From Candidatus Ozemobacteraceae bacterium (GTDB taxonomy: Bacteria; Muiribacteriota; Ozemobacteria; Ozemobacterales; Ozemobacteraceae): a stretch of DNA of 64,000 nucleotides. The translations under genes and the position numbers were made by a program. The stretch is from contig OZ223236.1 in assembly GCA_965140445.1 (NCBI GenBank), forward strand, positions 3,936,001 to 4,000,000. Reading direction: 5' to 3'. Positions 1 through 8,649 of the stretch are shown here, piece by piece; position 1 is the stretch's first letter, and the number at the start of each line of letters is the position of its first letter. The notes beneath the pieces were generated by a model. It worked only from the letters and a program-made list of their open reading frames with translations, did no database searches and had not been told where the DNA came from.

Positions 1-2
1 TA

Positions 3-665
3 CTGGCCGTACATGACAAGCTCTTGATGCCAATGATTGAAAAGTATGAAGGGGTATTGATAAAAAAGATTGGTGACGCGCTGATGGTTCGCTTTGATGA
101 TCCTTGCAAAGCCTGCCTTGCTGCAAAAGAGATGCAGGACAGACTCAATGATTTTAACAGGAAAAGCAAAGAAAAAATATTTATAAGAATCGGCCTAAAT
201 ACAGGAACGGTTTTTGTAAAAAACGATGACGCTTTTGGAGATGCTGTAAATGTTGCCGCGAGAATGGAATCACTTGCAAAACCAGGAAGAATATTTCTTA
301 CCAAGAAAACTTTTGAACTAGTTAAAGAAGATATAAAGTGCGAGCTTCTTGGAGAGTTTTCAATAAAAGGAAAACCTGAGCCAATAGAAGTTTTCTCAAT
401 TATTGATCAAACGAACCAATATGAAATGGAAGAACTTGCGGCAAAAGTAATGGAAGGCATTGGCAAAAAAGTCAATAATGCCCAGCCTACAAAATCTGAG
501 CCAAAAAACCACCTGGAGTTAATGGTTTCATCGATTGATTCATCCATAACAAGTTATAAAAACGCAGTTAAACAAGGATACCCAAGAAATGGTGACCTTG
601 AAGACTGGTTTGCAAGATACGAAGAATTCTTGAAACCATATCTTTCAAAGTCTTCCAAAAATTAA
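3..665 (+). CDS. Class III adenylate/guanylate cyclase domain protein (5'-truncated by the window edge)
   Basis: The frame is open from position 3 (LAVHDKLLMP...), so the true start lies upstream of the window. Motifs KKIGDALM, IRIGLNTG and DAFGDAVNVAARME are present; the Lys and Asp specificity residues favour ATP. Confidence 0.85.
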   Translation: MAVHDKLLMPMIEKYEGVLIKKIGDALMVRFDDPCKACLAAKEMQDRLNDFNRKSKEKIFIRIGLNTGTVFVKNDDAFGDAVNVAARMESLAKPGRIFLTKKTFELVKEDIKCELLGEFSIKGKPEPIEVFSIIDQTNQYEMEELAAKVMEGIGKKVNNAQPTKSEPKNHLELMVSSIDSSITSYKNAVKQGYPRNGDLEDWFARYEEFLKPYLSKSSKN

Positions 666-667
666 TC

Positions 668-1666
668 TTAGTCCTCAGAAAAGATAGAACCAAACTCGAA
701 AATCAACGTTCTCCCTTTATTCCATCCTGATTCAAATTCTTTTCCAGTAATCTTTGTAAGCGTTTCCGGGTTCTTTGTCTTGCTGGAATACTCAGTGCTG
801 GTAAGTAAAAGAAGGGAACTTAAAAATTTGTTTCCAGGTTTATGAGGCATGGGCAAATCTTTCCAATTATCAAATACCATAGGCTTGGCAGGTAGTTTAA
901 GAATGTTTACTTTAGCTGGCATATTTCCTTTGGCAATAGAAGAAGAGCCTATAAAGTAATAACAATCTTTGTCCGGTCCAGTTACTTCAACTAATTCTTT
1001 TTTATAAGCACTCAATAGGGCACGATGAAAAGCAATAACCCCGCCTGCACTCATTCGAGCATTGTTCGAATCACCTTTTGATGGATCTAAAGACGGTTTC
1101 AAATACAACGAGTAAAAGAAAATAGATTTCCCAAATTCATTTTGAAAAATTGGGTTATTTTTCTCTACATACATCCCTGGAAATGGGTTCTGCTCTGAAA
1201 ACTTTGTATTAGAGTTTGCTATAAAACATTTTTTAAAAAAAATCCTGCTTCGGCTAGCCATATAGGTGCTTAACTCAGCTCCGCCTAAGGGAAGATCAAA
1301 TCTAAACTTTCCCGGGATTTTTCCAATAATTTTCAGGTGACTAAAGCTTTTAGGAAATCTGTATAGCTTAATAAAAAGATTCATCCCCTTTGTTTCCCCG
1401 GAGTAATTGGGGGTAAACCCCATTTTTAAAAGATCTTCCAGTCTGATGTTGGAAATATCAGGCAAGCTTTCCTCTACAAAATTAAAAGGAACAACTTTCT
1501 CCAGATTTTTGTTCTTTAAATCAACCTGTGTCTGGTCTATGAAAGCAACGTTAAATCCGTATTCTCCGTCAACTTCCCAGCCTTCCGATCCTGGCCACAA
1601 TTCCGCAAAAACACATTGAGCAACAAGTAAAAGAGTTAGAAGGCAGACAAATCTTTTCATTAGCAT
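668..1666 (-). CDS. Secreted hypothetical protein
   Basis: 332-aa ORF with a Sec-type signal peptide (MKRFVCLLTLLLVAQCVFA) and a GGAG RBS; no domain recognised. Confidence 0.75.
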   Translation of the reverse strand: MLMKRFVCLLTLLLVAQCVFAELWPGSEGWEVDGEYGFNVAFIDQTQVDLKNKNLEKVVPFNFVEESLPDISNIRLEDLLKMGFTPNYSGETKGMNLFIKLYRFPKSFSHLKIIGKIPGKFRFDLPLGGAELSTYMASRSRIFFKKCFIANSNTKFSEQNPFPGMYVEKNNPIFQNEFGKSIFFYSLYLKPSLDPSKGDSNNARMSAGGVIAFHRALLSAYKKELVEVTGPDKDCYYFIGSSSIAKGNMPAKVNILKLPAKPMVFDNWKDLPMPHKPGNKFLSSLLLLTSTEYSSKTKNPETLTKITGKEFESGWNKGRTLIFEFGSIFSED

Positions 1667-1841
1667 CTCCGTAAACCTGATATTACCTTTAGCTTAGTTT
1701 TGTAAGTCATTCATGTCAAATATGGAGTTTATGTGTTTGCATGAATTTAACTGCAAATTAACTCCAATACTTGTCTAAATAATATTTAATTTGCCTTGAA
1801 GCTTAAGACATATTGAGCATCTTTATAATGGAGGTTAATAA

Positions 1842-2036
1842 ATGAACAACACAGAAAAAAAAGATAATGATGAGAATAAAGCGAACGAAGAAACTGAGGA
1901 CATTTATAAAAAATTAAATGCCTTCAAGCCGCTTAGCCTACGGCCGAAAAAGCACCCTTGTAAGGACTGTTATAATTGCTTATACTGCAATGAAATGCGC
2001 TGTCAAGTCTGCATGAGAAACAAAGAAACCAAATAA
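1842..2036 (+). CDS. Small Cys-rich putative metal-binding protein
   Basis: GGAGGT RBS just upstream of the ATG; six Cys in HPCKDCYNCLYCNEMRCQVC; lies 31 bp upstream of the ogt-alkA fusion. Confidence 0.7.
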   Translation: MNNTEKKDNDENKANEETEDIYKKLNAFKPLSLRPKKHPCKDCYNCLYCNEMRCQVCMRNKETK

Positions 2037-2067
2037 TGCTTCCTGACATAAAAGGAATTATTTAACA

Positions 2068-3249
2068 ATGTCCAACTGTTTTTACTGTCTATATAAAATA
2101 GATAAACAATTTGGAGCCATAGCCTGGCAATCAAATGAAATTGTTGCTCTGGTTCTTCCTGATCAGACAGCTGCACAAGCGAAAAGGTCAATTCTAAAAA
2201 AGAATCCTGATGCACAGGAAACCACCCCAACAGACTTTGTTAATGAATTACTTGTTGAAATAAAAAATTATTTTGCCGGAACTGATGCAAACTTCAAGCC
2301 TTTCAAACTTTCATTTTCAGGGATGTCAGAGTTTACCAGAATAATCTACAAAACCTTGAAAAGAATACCCCCCGGAGAGACCCTTTCTTACTCTGAGTTA
2401 GCTACCCTGGCTGGCAAAAAAGGCTCTGCCCGAGCCGTAGGAACGGCTTTAAAGAATAACCCACTTCCTTTAATCATCCCCTGTCACCGGGTTGTAAAAT
2501 CCAACTACGATCTTGGGGAATTCAATTCTTCAGCAGGAGCTTCAACCAAAGCCAGAATGCTAAGCCTTGAAGGATTAAAACTGGATGGCTACAAAATTTC
2601 CAAAGCTAAAACATTTTCAGATATAGATATTCATGAAGCAATCAGATATCTTTCAGAAGCTGACACCCAACTAGGAAAGTTTATCGAAAAAGCTCCAAAG
2701 TTTAATCTGGAAACAAACCCAGCGCAGAGCACTTTTCATTCACTATGTGAGGCAGTTGTATATCAACAATTAACCGGTAAAGCCGCAGCGACTATTTTTA
2801 GCAGATTAATGGGGCTTTATGGTAAGCCGGCTATATTGCGTCCTTTCGATGTCGTTCGCACAGACTTCGATGAGCTTAGGAAAGTTGGCTTATCCAGGAA
2901 CAAAGCCCTTGCGATCCAAAGCCTTGCCGAAAGCGCCATTTCAAAGAACCTTCCCGATGTAAATAAACTTCGGTCAATGCAAAATTACGAGATTATAAGA
3001 GTTTTAACCAGAATAAAAGGAATTGGAAAATGGACAGCAGAAATGTTTCTGATCTTCCGTTTGGGACGAACAGATGTTTTATCTACTGGAGATTTAGGAC
3101 TGCAAAAGGGACTTGCGAAAATAAGAAAAACGAACCATCTCCCAAGTCCTGTTGAACTTGGAAGACAAGGTAAAACATGGATGCCTTATAGATCAATTGC
3201 TTCCTGGTATTTATGGAGAGCCGCGGAAACAAGAACTATAAGCAAATAG
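2068..3249 (+). CDS. Fused O6-methylguanine-DNA methyltransferase (Ogt) / DNA-3-methyladenine glycosylase II (AlkA, HhH-GPD)
   Basis: N-half has SYSELA...ARAVGTA...NPLPLIIPCHRVV (active-site PCHR). C-half has VVYQQL, IKGIGKWTAEM (HhH), GDLGL and WMPYRSIASWYLW. Confidence 0.92.
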   Translation: MSNCFYCLYKIDKQFGAIAWQSNEIVALVLPDQTAAQAKRSILKKNPDAQETTPTDFVNELLVEIKNYFAGTDANFKPFKLSFSGMSEFTRIIYKTLKRIPPGETLSYSELATLAGKKGSARAVGTALKNNPLPLIIPCHRVVKSNYDLGEFNSSAGASTKARMLSLEGLKLDGYKISKAKTFSDIDIHEAIRYLSEADTQLGKFIEKAPKFNLETNPAQSTFHSLCEAVVYQQLTGKAAATIFSRLMGLYGKPAILRPFDVVRTDFDELRKVGLSRNKALAIQSLAESAISKNLPDVNKLRSMQNYEIIRVLTRIKGIGKWTAEMFLIFRLGRTDVLSTGDLGLQKGLAKIRKTNHLPSPVELGRQGKTWMPYRSIASWYLWRAAETRTISK

Positions 3250-3258
3250 ATCTGAGAA

Positions 3259-4011
3259 CTAAGCCGTAGCCTTTTTCTCCAACCAAATTTGATATCCTTC
3301 TTTAATCTTTTTTATCCTTGATTCCCGCAATTTTTCGATGCTATGGGAAAAAGGCCCCGCAGAGCTTCTTGAAAGTTCCCCGTATCTCTCAAGATAAGCC
3401 TGGCTGATCTCCTTCTCAGTTGAGCCATTAGAAACTCCAATAAGATTGAAAAAGTCACTTAAAACAAGCTGTTCTCTCAATCTTTTTGCCTGACCAAAGT
3501 AGTCAAATACTTGGGAACAATAAAACAATGGTTGTCGAGCGCCTGGAAGAAACCCAAACACTACAACCTCAGGCATTTTTACTGGAGCTTTTGCTTTTAA
3601 GCCCATAGCCGAAAATAAGTGCTTCCATATTGAGGGAAGCACCCACCCCTGTTCTGGAATAAACAAATCAGTTACGCTGTACCCGCCCTCTGGAAATGGA
3701 CCAAATTTTTTCCCACAAACGTAATTCTCTATTTCGTTTTCTCTATACCCCATGTACGGCTCAAAAAGACGCAAGCCTTCCATATCCGCAATAAAAGCAC
3801 AAAGGAACAAATGTTGATCAAGCCCTTTCTTCAGATCTAACTCGATCTTAATACGAATGCCATCTAGTCTTCTATTCCCACTTTCAAAGAAGACATCACT
3901 GATTTTTATTGATCCGTAACCATTTTGAGAACTTTTAGAGCTTAGAGCAGAGAACCAGGAACCAAATTCGCGCCACTTAAATGGAAGAGCAAATTTCTCT
4001 GTATTGCTCAT
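3259..4011 (-). CDS. Hypothetical protein with C-terminal J-domain-like region lacking HPD
   Basis: Start moved from 4071 to the ATG at 4011, which follows an AAGGAGG RBS. The C-terminus DFFNLIGVSNGSTEKEISQAY...KIKEGYQI resembles J-domain helices. Confidence 0.6.
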   Translation of the reverse strand: MSNTEKFALPFKWREFGSWFSALSSKSSQNGYGSIKISDVFFESGNRRLDGIRIKIELDLKKGLDQHLFLCAFIADMEGLRLFEPYMGYRENEIENYVCGKKFGPFPEGGYSVTDLFIPEQGWVLPSIWKHLFSAMGLKAKAPVKMPEVVVFGFLPGARQPLFYCSQVFDYFGQAKRLREQLVLSDFFNLIGVSNGSTEKEISQAYLERYGELSRSSAGPFSHSIEKLRESRIKKIKEGYQIWLEKKATA

Positions 4012-4145
4012 GTTCCCCTCCTTATCTTTCTCTACTATAATTGTACTCATTTTTGTAGAAATTGTTACCATAATTTACACTTTTTTTTTCTGCTTGAAAC
4101 TTTTGTTATTAGCTCCTATGCTGTAATCTAAAGCCGGAGGGAATC

Positions 4146-5927
4146 ATGAACAACTTATTAAAAATCATGTTAATTTTGTGCACATTTCTTTTTTGGTGCC
4201 CTTCGTGCTTTAGCGAAGGGTTTTCTTCAGAAGTTATGCACATAAATGCGGCGGGATTCCCTAAAATTTCAACTACAATTAAAGTTTTCAATAAAACCCC
4301 GGAAATTGTAAAATCCGAAAATTTTCGTATTACAGAAGACAAACTTCCAGTTGCAACATTTTCGCTAGATTTGTTAAAACAGAAACAATTTATCTTGATC
4401 ATTTTAGATCGATCTTCCAGCATAAAACCGGCAGTGAACCAGGTGAAACAAGCAGCCTCAAATTTTGCCAGGAGCCTGAATGGAAAATCAAATCTAGCTC
4501 TAATGTCATTTGGAAGCGATATAGATTTTAGTCAAAACTTCACGACTGATACTGGTTCAATATTAGAAGCAATAAGAAAAGTCCGCCCCTGGGGAGGTAC
4601 GGCACTTTATGATGCAATTTACACTGGTTGTGAAGAATTGTCTTCCAAAGCAGGAAGAAATGATCTGAAAACAATCGTTTGCCTGACAGATGGAGTGGAC
4701 TCCACACCAAATGGGAAAAAGCCGATGTCCATCAAGAAACCCGAGGAAGTGTATACTCTTGCCAACAAAAATAAAATTAGAATAGTTACCGTTGGCCTTG
4801 GGAACGAAATTGATTCGACCATTTTAACAAAATTTGCAACAAAAACAGGTGGGTGGTATCTACAAGCCAGTTCTGCCGGACAACTTAACAGTCTCTATGC
4901 CGCTCTTAGCAAAAGAATACAACTGGAAAAATACTACCGATTAACATACTTAACCCCGGACCCAAAATTTAACGGCACCATTAGATACCTGGAAATTTCA
5001 TCACAATTCAAAGGCGAAAAAGACCAGGGAAAAGGATCTTACCGTGCCCCAAATAATCCGCCAAAGCAACTATCAGTAGTAAAAAATAGTTTAAATGGAG
5101 CTGATTCAAAAAACGCGAACAAAGGAGCGACCTTTTCTATTACCAGCCTATTCCTAGACCTCAAGATTTCAGATCCTGACAGAGCTTTCCTAACTGGTCC
5201 AATCATCCCACCTCCCCCATCACCAATTTTTGGTTTAAATGCTGCTGCTCTGGTTTCTTTGGATGCCAATGAACAAACAAATTTAATTAATCAAAAAGCT
5301 CTTGATCTTGAAAATGCTCACGCCAATGAGCTCCAGAAACAATACCGCTATCTTGATAGCTTTACAAACGGGCTGGATAGGATTTCAAAGTTGAACGAGG
5401 AAAAAAGCAAAATTCCAAGCCCACAACAATTTGAGCTGGACAGAATCGAATACAGACGAAGAGTAATCGATTTTAGGAAACAACAAATTTCTCTCATCAA
5501 AAACAAATGCTATGAAATCTACACTATCAAACTTGATTGCAGCCTAAAGGAAAATGAACTTCTAAGGAAAGAATTTGTTGATGGAATAGAGCTATCAGCA
5601 AGTGATCACCTTGAAATAGATAAACTAGAAAGAGACAAAATCTGGGAAATTGAAAAGAAGTATGATAGTGAAATAGAAGCCGTTAGCAGAAAAGAAGCGG
5701 CGATGTACAAAGAATTTGCTCCCAAAAGAGAGGCCAACGTCGAATCCAATCTTGTAGAGATAAAAAACCTTTTTAATGCTGATTCAGAAGGAAACATCGA
5801 ATCTACCAATTCTTTTGGCGAAGAAATAGAAAACGATTATAGCCCCAATTCCCAAATAGATGAACTTGACAACAAGATCGATGATGAAATTAAAAATTCT
5901 CTACACAACATTAAGACACTTGATTAA
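4146..5927 (+). CDS. Secreted von Willebrand factor A (VWA) domain protein with acidic coiled-coil C-terminus
   Basis: Signal peptide; MIDAS motif DRSSS; GGTALYDAI, LTDG and VTVGLG; GGAGG RBS. Confidence 0.85.
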   Translation: MNNLLKIMLILCTFLFWCPSCFSEGFSSEVMHINAAGFPKISTTIKVFNKTPEIVKSENFRITEDKLPVATFSLDLLKQKQFILIILDRSSSIKPAVNQVKQAASNFARSLNGKSNLALMSFGSDIDFSQNFTTDTGSILEAIRKVRPWGGTALYDAIYTGCEELSSKAGRNDLKTIVCLTDGVDSTPNGKKPMSIKKPEEVYTLANKNKIRIVTVGLGNEIDSTILTKFATKTGGWYLQASSAGQLNSLYAALSKRIQLEKYYRLTYLTPDPKFNGTIRYLEISSQFKGEKDQGKGSYRAPNNPPKQLSVVKNSLNGADSKNANKGATFSITSLFLDLKISDPDRAFLTGPIIPPPPSPIFGLNAAALVSLDANEQTNLINQKALDLENAHANELQKQYRYLDSFTNGLDRISKLNEEKSKIPSPQQFELDRIEYRRRVIDFRKQQISLIKNKCYEIYTIKLDCSLKENELLRKEFVDGIELSASDHLEIDKLERDKIWEIEKKYDSEIEAVSRKEAAMYKEFAPKREANVESNLVEIKNLFNADSEGNIESTNSFGEEIENDYSPNSQIDELDNKIDDEIKNSLHNIKTLD

Positions 5928-5959
5928 ACAAATTACCAACCATTGAAAACTCATAAAAA

Positions 5960-6631
5960 TTAAAAATCTGTTTCCAATCTTTTCTTGAGGAGTGCGAAAG
6001 GTATTGGTTTACCGTGCCCCGGATAAAAAACAGTTGCGCCTGAGTTTAACAATAGTTTCCAGCTCATCTTTAACTCATTTAAATCCGCTGCAAATGGTGG
6101 GAAAATTTGATTCGGCCAAAGGTGAAAAAGTGTATCTCCGACAAAAGCCTGCTTATCAAGCACTACACTTATTGATCCATCGGTGTGACCGGGGGTATGT
6201 AAAAGCCTTAAAACCCTATCTTCAATGGGAATTTCCATTTCATTTTCGAAAGTAAAATCTACTTCCACCCCAGGAAATCTAATACAACTTTTAAAAATAG
6301 CACATCCAAGCCATGAAATTGGTCTGGAAAAAAGCATTGTCCCTTTGGGAACCGGACTTTTGCCTTGTTCAATTTTTAATGCTTCCAGGGTATGGGCAAT
6401 TATCTGTGCCCCCGTAAGTTTTTTTAATTCTTTCAGGCCACCAACATGATCATAGTGTGCATGAGTAACCACTATGAGTTGGATTGCTTCAAGGCAGAGA
6501 TTTTCTTCAGCTAGTGCTTTTTTAATCTGCTTAACCCGACAACCTAAACCAGTGTCAATTAGAACAGCGTTTTCATTGAAAACTAGCAAATATGCCAATG
6601 AATTTCCCAGAAAAAGACGCTTAACTTTCAA
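5960..6631 (-). CDS. MBL-fold metallo-hydrolase
   Basis: LIDTG, THAHYDHVG, HTPGHT, GDT and YPGHG motifs. The start is probably the TTG at 6631 (GAAGGG 7 nt upstream); the ORF-track start at 6652 lies in the terminator U-tract. Confidence 0.88.
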   Translation of the reverse strand: MKVKRLFLGNSLAYLLVFNENAVLIDTGLGCRVKQIKKALAEENLCLEAIQLIVVTHAHYDHVGGLKELKKLTGAQIIAHTLEALKIEQGKSPVPKGTMLFSRPISWLGCAIFKSCIRFPGVEVDFTFENEMEIPIEDRVLRLLHTPGHTDGSISVVLDKQAFVGDTLFHLWPNQIFPPFAADLNELKMSWKLLLNSGATVFYPGHGKPIPFALLKKRLETDF

Positions 6632-6649
6632 AATTAGCCCTTCAATATA

Positions 6650-6694
6650 CAAAAAGGCTGTAGCAATGAAGAATTAAGCATTGCTACAGCCTTT
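6650..6694 (-). terminator. Rho-independent terminator after glgE
   Basis: Perfect 16-bp stem AAAGGCTGTAGCAATG / CATTGCTACAGCCTTT with a T-run on the minus strand. Confidence 0.8.
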
Positions 6695-6697
6695 AGC

Positions 6698-8647
6698 CTA
6701 TCTGATTTTTCTTATCACAAATAAATGTGCTGGCTCTTTGTGCGGATCCAAAACAACATAATTTGTTTCACCAGTCCATACATAGGTTTTATCAGCTATC
6801 AAATCGTGGACCTGATAGCTTTCGTTTTCTCCTATTCCGAACTTGTTAATTGGAACATAAACCATAGAAGCCTGAGTATTAAAAGGGTCCAGGTTCACTG
6901 TCGCCATCAAATGTTCATCGCCAAGGGATTTGCCATAGAACAAAATCTGATCATTGTCAGACTTATAAAACTCCAGGTTGTCATACTCCTGTAGTGCTTT
7001 ATAATCTTTTCTTGCCTGATTCAACCTTTTGATAAGGTATTTAATGTTTCCAGGTGCATCCCAATCTCTAGTTCTAATTTCGTATTTGTCGCTATTCAAA
7101 TACTCTTCTTTTCCTTCAACTGGAATTCCATCACAAAGTTCAAATCCTTGAAAAATTCCATAAACTGAAGACAGAGTTGCCGCAAGAACAGCTCTGACCT
7201 TGTGAGCAGGCACACCACCTGTTTGCAGATAAACCGGGAAAATATCTGGAGTGTTTACAAAAAGATTTGCACGATAGAATTCTGATTCCGGAGGCGTGGT
7301 AAGCTCCTCAAAATACTCACGAATCTCAGACTTTTCATTTCTCCAGGTGAAATAGCTATAAGACTGCGTAAATCCAAGCTTTGCCAGAGATTTCATAACT
7401 TTTGGTCGTGTAAAAGCCTCTGAAAGGAAAATCACGTCTGGATATTTATTCTGAACCTCTTCAATTACCCATTTCCAAAAAGCGAATGGTTTAGTATGGG
7501 GATTATCAACTCTAAAGATTCTTACTCCCTTTTTCGCCCAAAACATAAAAATTCTGCGCATTTCTTTCCAGATACTTTTGTAATCAGCAGATTCAAAATT
7601 AACAGGATAAATATCTTCATACTTTTTGGGAGGGTTCTCTGCAAATTTTATAGTCCCATCTGGTCTTTTGCTGAACCAGTCTGGATGATCCTTAAGATAA
7701 GGATGATCTGGAGAACAATTTATGGCGAAATCCAAAGCGATTTCAATTCCATATTCTGCACATTTTTTTACTAGATTCTCAAAATCCTGCATTGTACCAA
7801 GTGAAGGTTCAACTGCATCATGTCCGCCATGCTTGTTGCCTATTGAATACGGGCACCCTGGATCTCCCTTTGAACAAACAAGGCTGTTATTGGGTCCTTT
7901 ACGTTTTGAAAAGCCTACCGGGTGAATTGGAGGAAAATACAAAACATCAAAACCCATGTCAGCTATAGAAGGAAGCCTTTTAACTACATCTTTAAAAGTT
8001 CCAGATTTTCCTGCTTCATACCCGCAAGATCTTGGAAAACACTCATACCAAGAAGCAAAACGAGCTTGAACACGATCAACCCGGACAAAGTAGGTTTCAC
8101 CCTCAACTTTAGAGGCTGGATCTGGATTTTCAGCAAGAATTTTTACAAGGTGCTCGTTAGAAAGTAAATTCCACTTATCAAGGTCAGTTTTTGCCTTTTC
8201 AAGCTTTTTGAAGAGACTTTTTACATAGTCTCTTTCGCTTTTGGGGAGCCAAAGAAGATAACTTTTTACCAGTTCAATTCCCTCAAGAATATCGCTGTCA
8301 AATTCAGTATTTGCATCAACCTTTTTCCCGGTATCAAGAACCCATGTGCCGAAATCTTCACAATAGGCTTCTATCTGATATTCATAAAATCCAATCTTAT
8401 CAACCGAAAATTCAGATTCCCACACATCTAATCCTGGATTAGTGCAAATCATAGGCATGAAAGCCCAATCCTTTTTCCCTTGATGGCGATAAGCGACCCA
8501 TGCTGTAATTTTTTGATGGCCATCCCTGAAAATGTCGGCGATTACTTTTACAGAATCTCCTGCTTCTCTTTTTAAAGGACAACGTCCGCTATCTACAAGC
8601 GGTTTTACATTTTCAATAATAATTCTTTTCTTATTTTTGCTTCCCAT
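6698..8647 (-). CDS. glgE: Alpha-1,4-glucan:maltose-1-phosphate maltosyltransferase (GH13_3)
   Basis: 649 aa; WYECFPRS, RKGPNN, CSPDHP, AENPPKKYEDIYP, catalytic FRVDNPHTKP, FLSEAFTRP, EEYLNSDKYE. Confidence 0.95.
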   Translation of the reverse strand: MGSKNKKRIIIENVKPLVDSGRCPLKREAGDSVKVIADIFRDGHQKITAWVAYRHQGKKDWAFMPMICTNPGLDVWESEFSVDKIGFYEYQIEAYCEDFGTWVLDTGKKVDANTEFDSDILEGIELVKSYLLWLPKSERDYVKSLFKKLEKAKTDLDKWNLLSNEHLVKILAENPDPASKVEGETYFVRVDRVQARFASWYECFPRSCGYEAGKSGTFKDVVKRLPSIADMGFDVLYFPPIHPVGFSKRKGPNNSLVCSKGDPGCPYSIGNKHGGHDAVEPSLGTMQDFENLVKKCAEYGIEIALDFAINCSPDHPYLKDHPDWFSKRPDGTIKFAENPPKKYEDIYPVNFESADYKSIWKEMRRIFMFWAKKGVRIFRVDNPHTKPFAFWKWVIEEVQNKYPDVIFLSEAFTRPKVMKSLAKLGFTQSYSYFTWRNEKSEIREYFEELTTPPESEFYRANLFVNTPDIFPVYLQTGGVPAHKVRAVLAATLSSVYGIFQGFELCDGIPVEGKEEYLNSDKYEIRTRDWDAPGNIKYLIKRLNQARKDYKALQEYDNLEFYKSDNDQILFYGKSLGDEHLMATVNLDPFNTQASMVYVPINKFGIGENESYQVHDLIADKTYVWTGETNYVVLDPHKEPAHLFVIRKIR

Positions 8648-8649
8648 GT

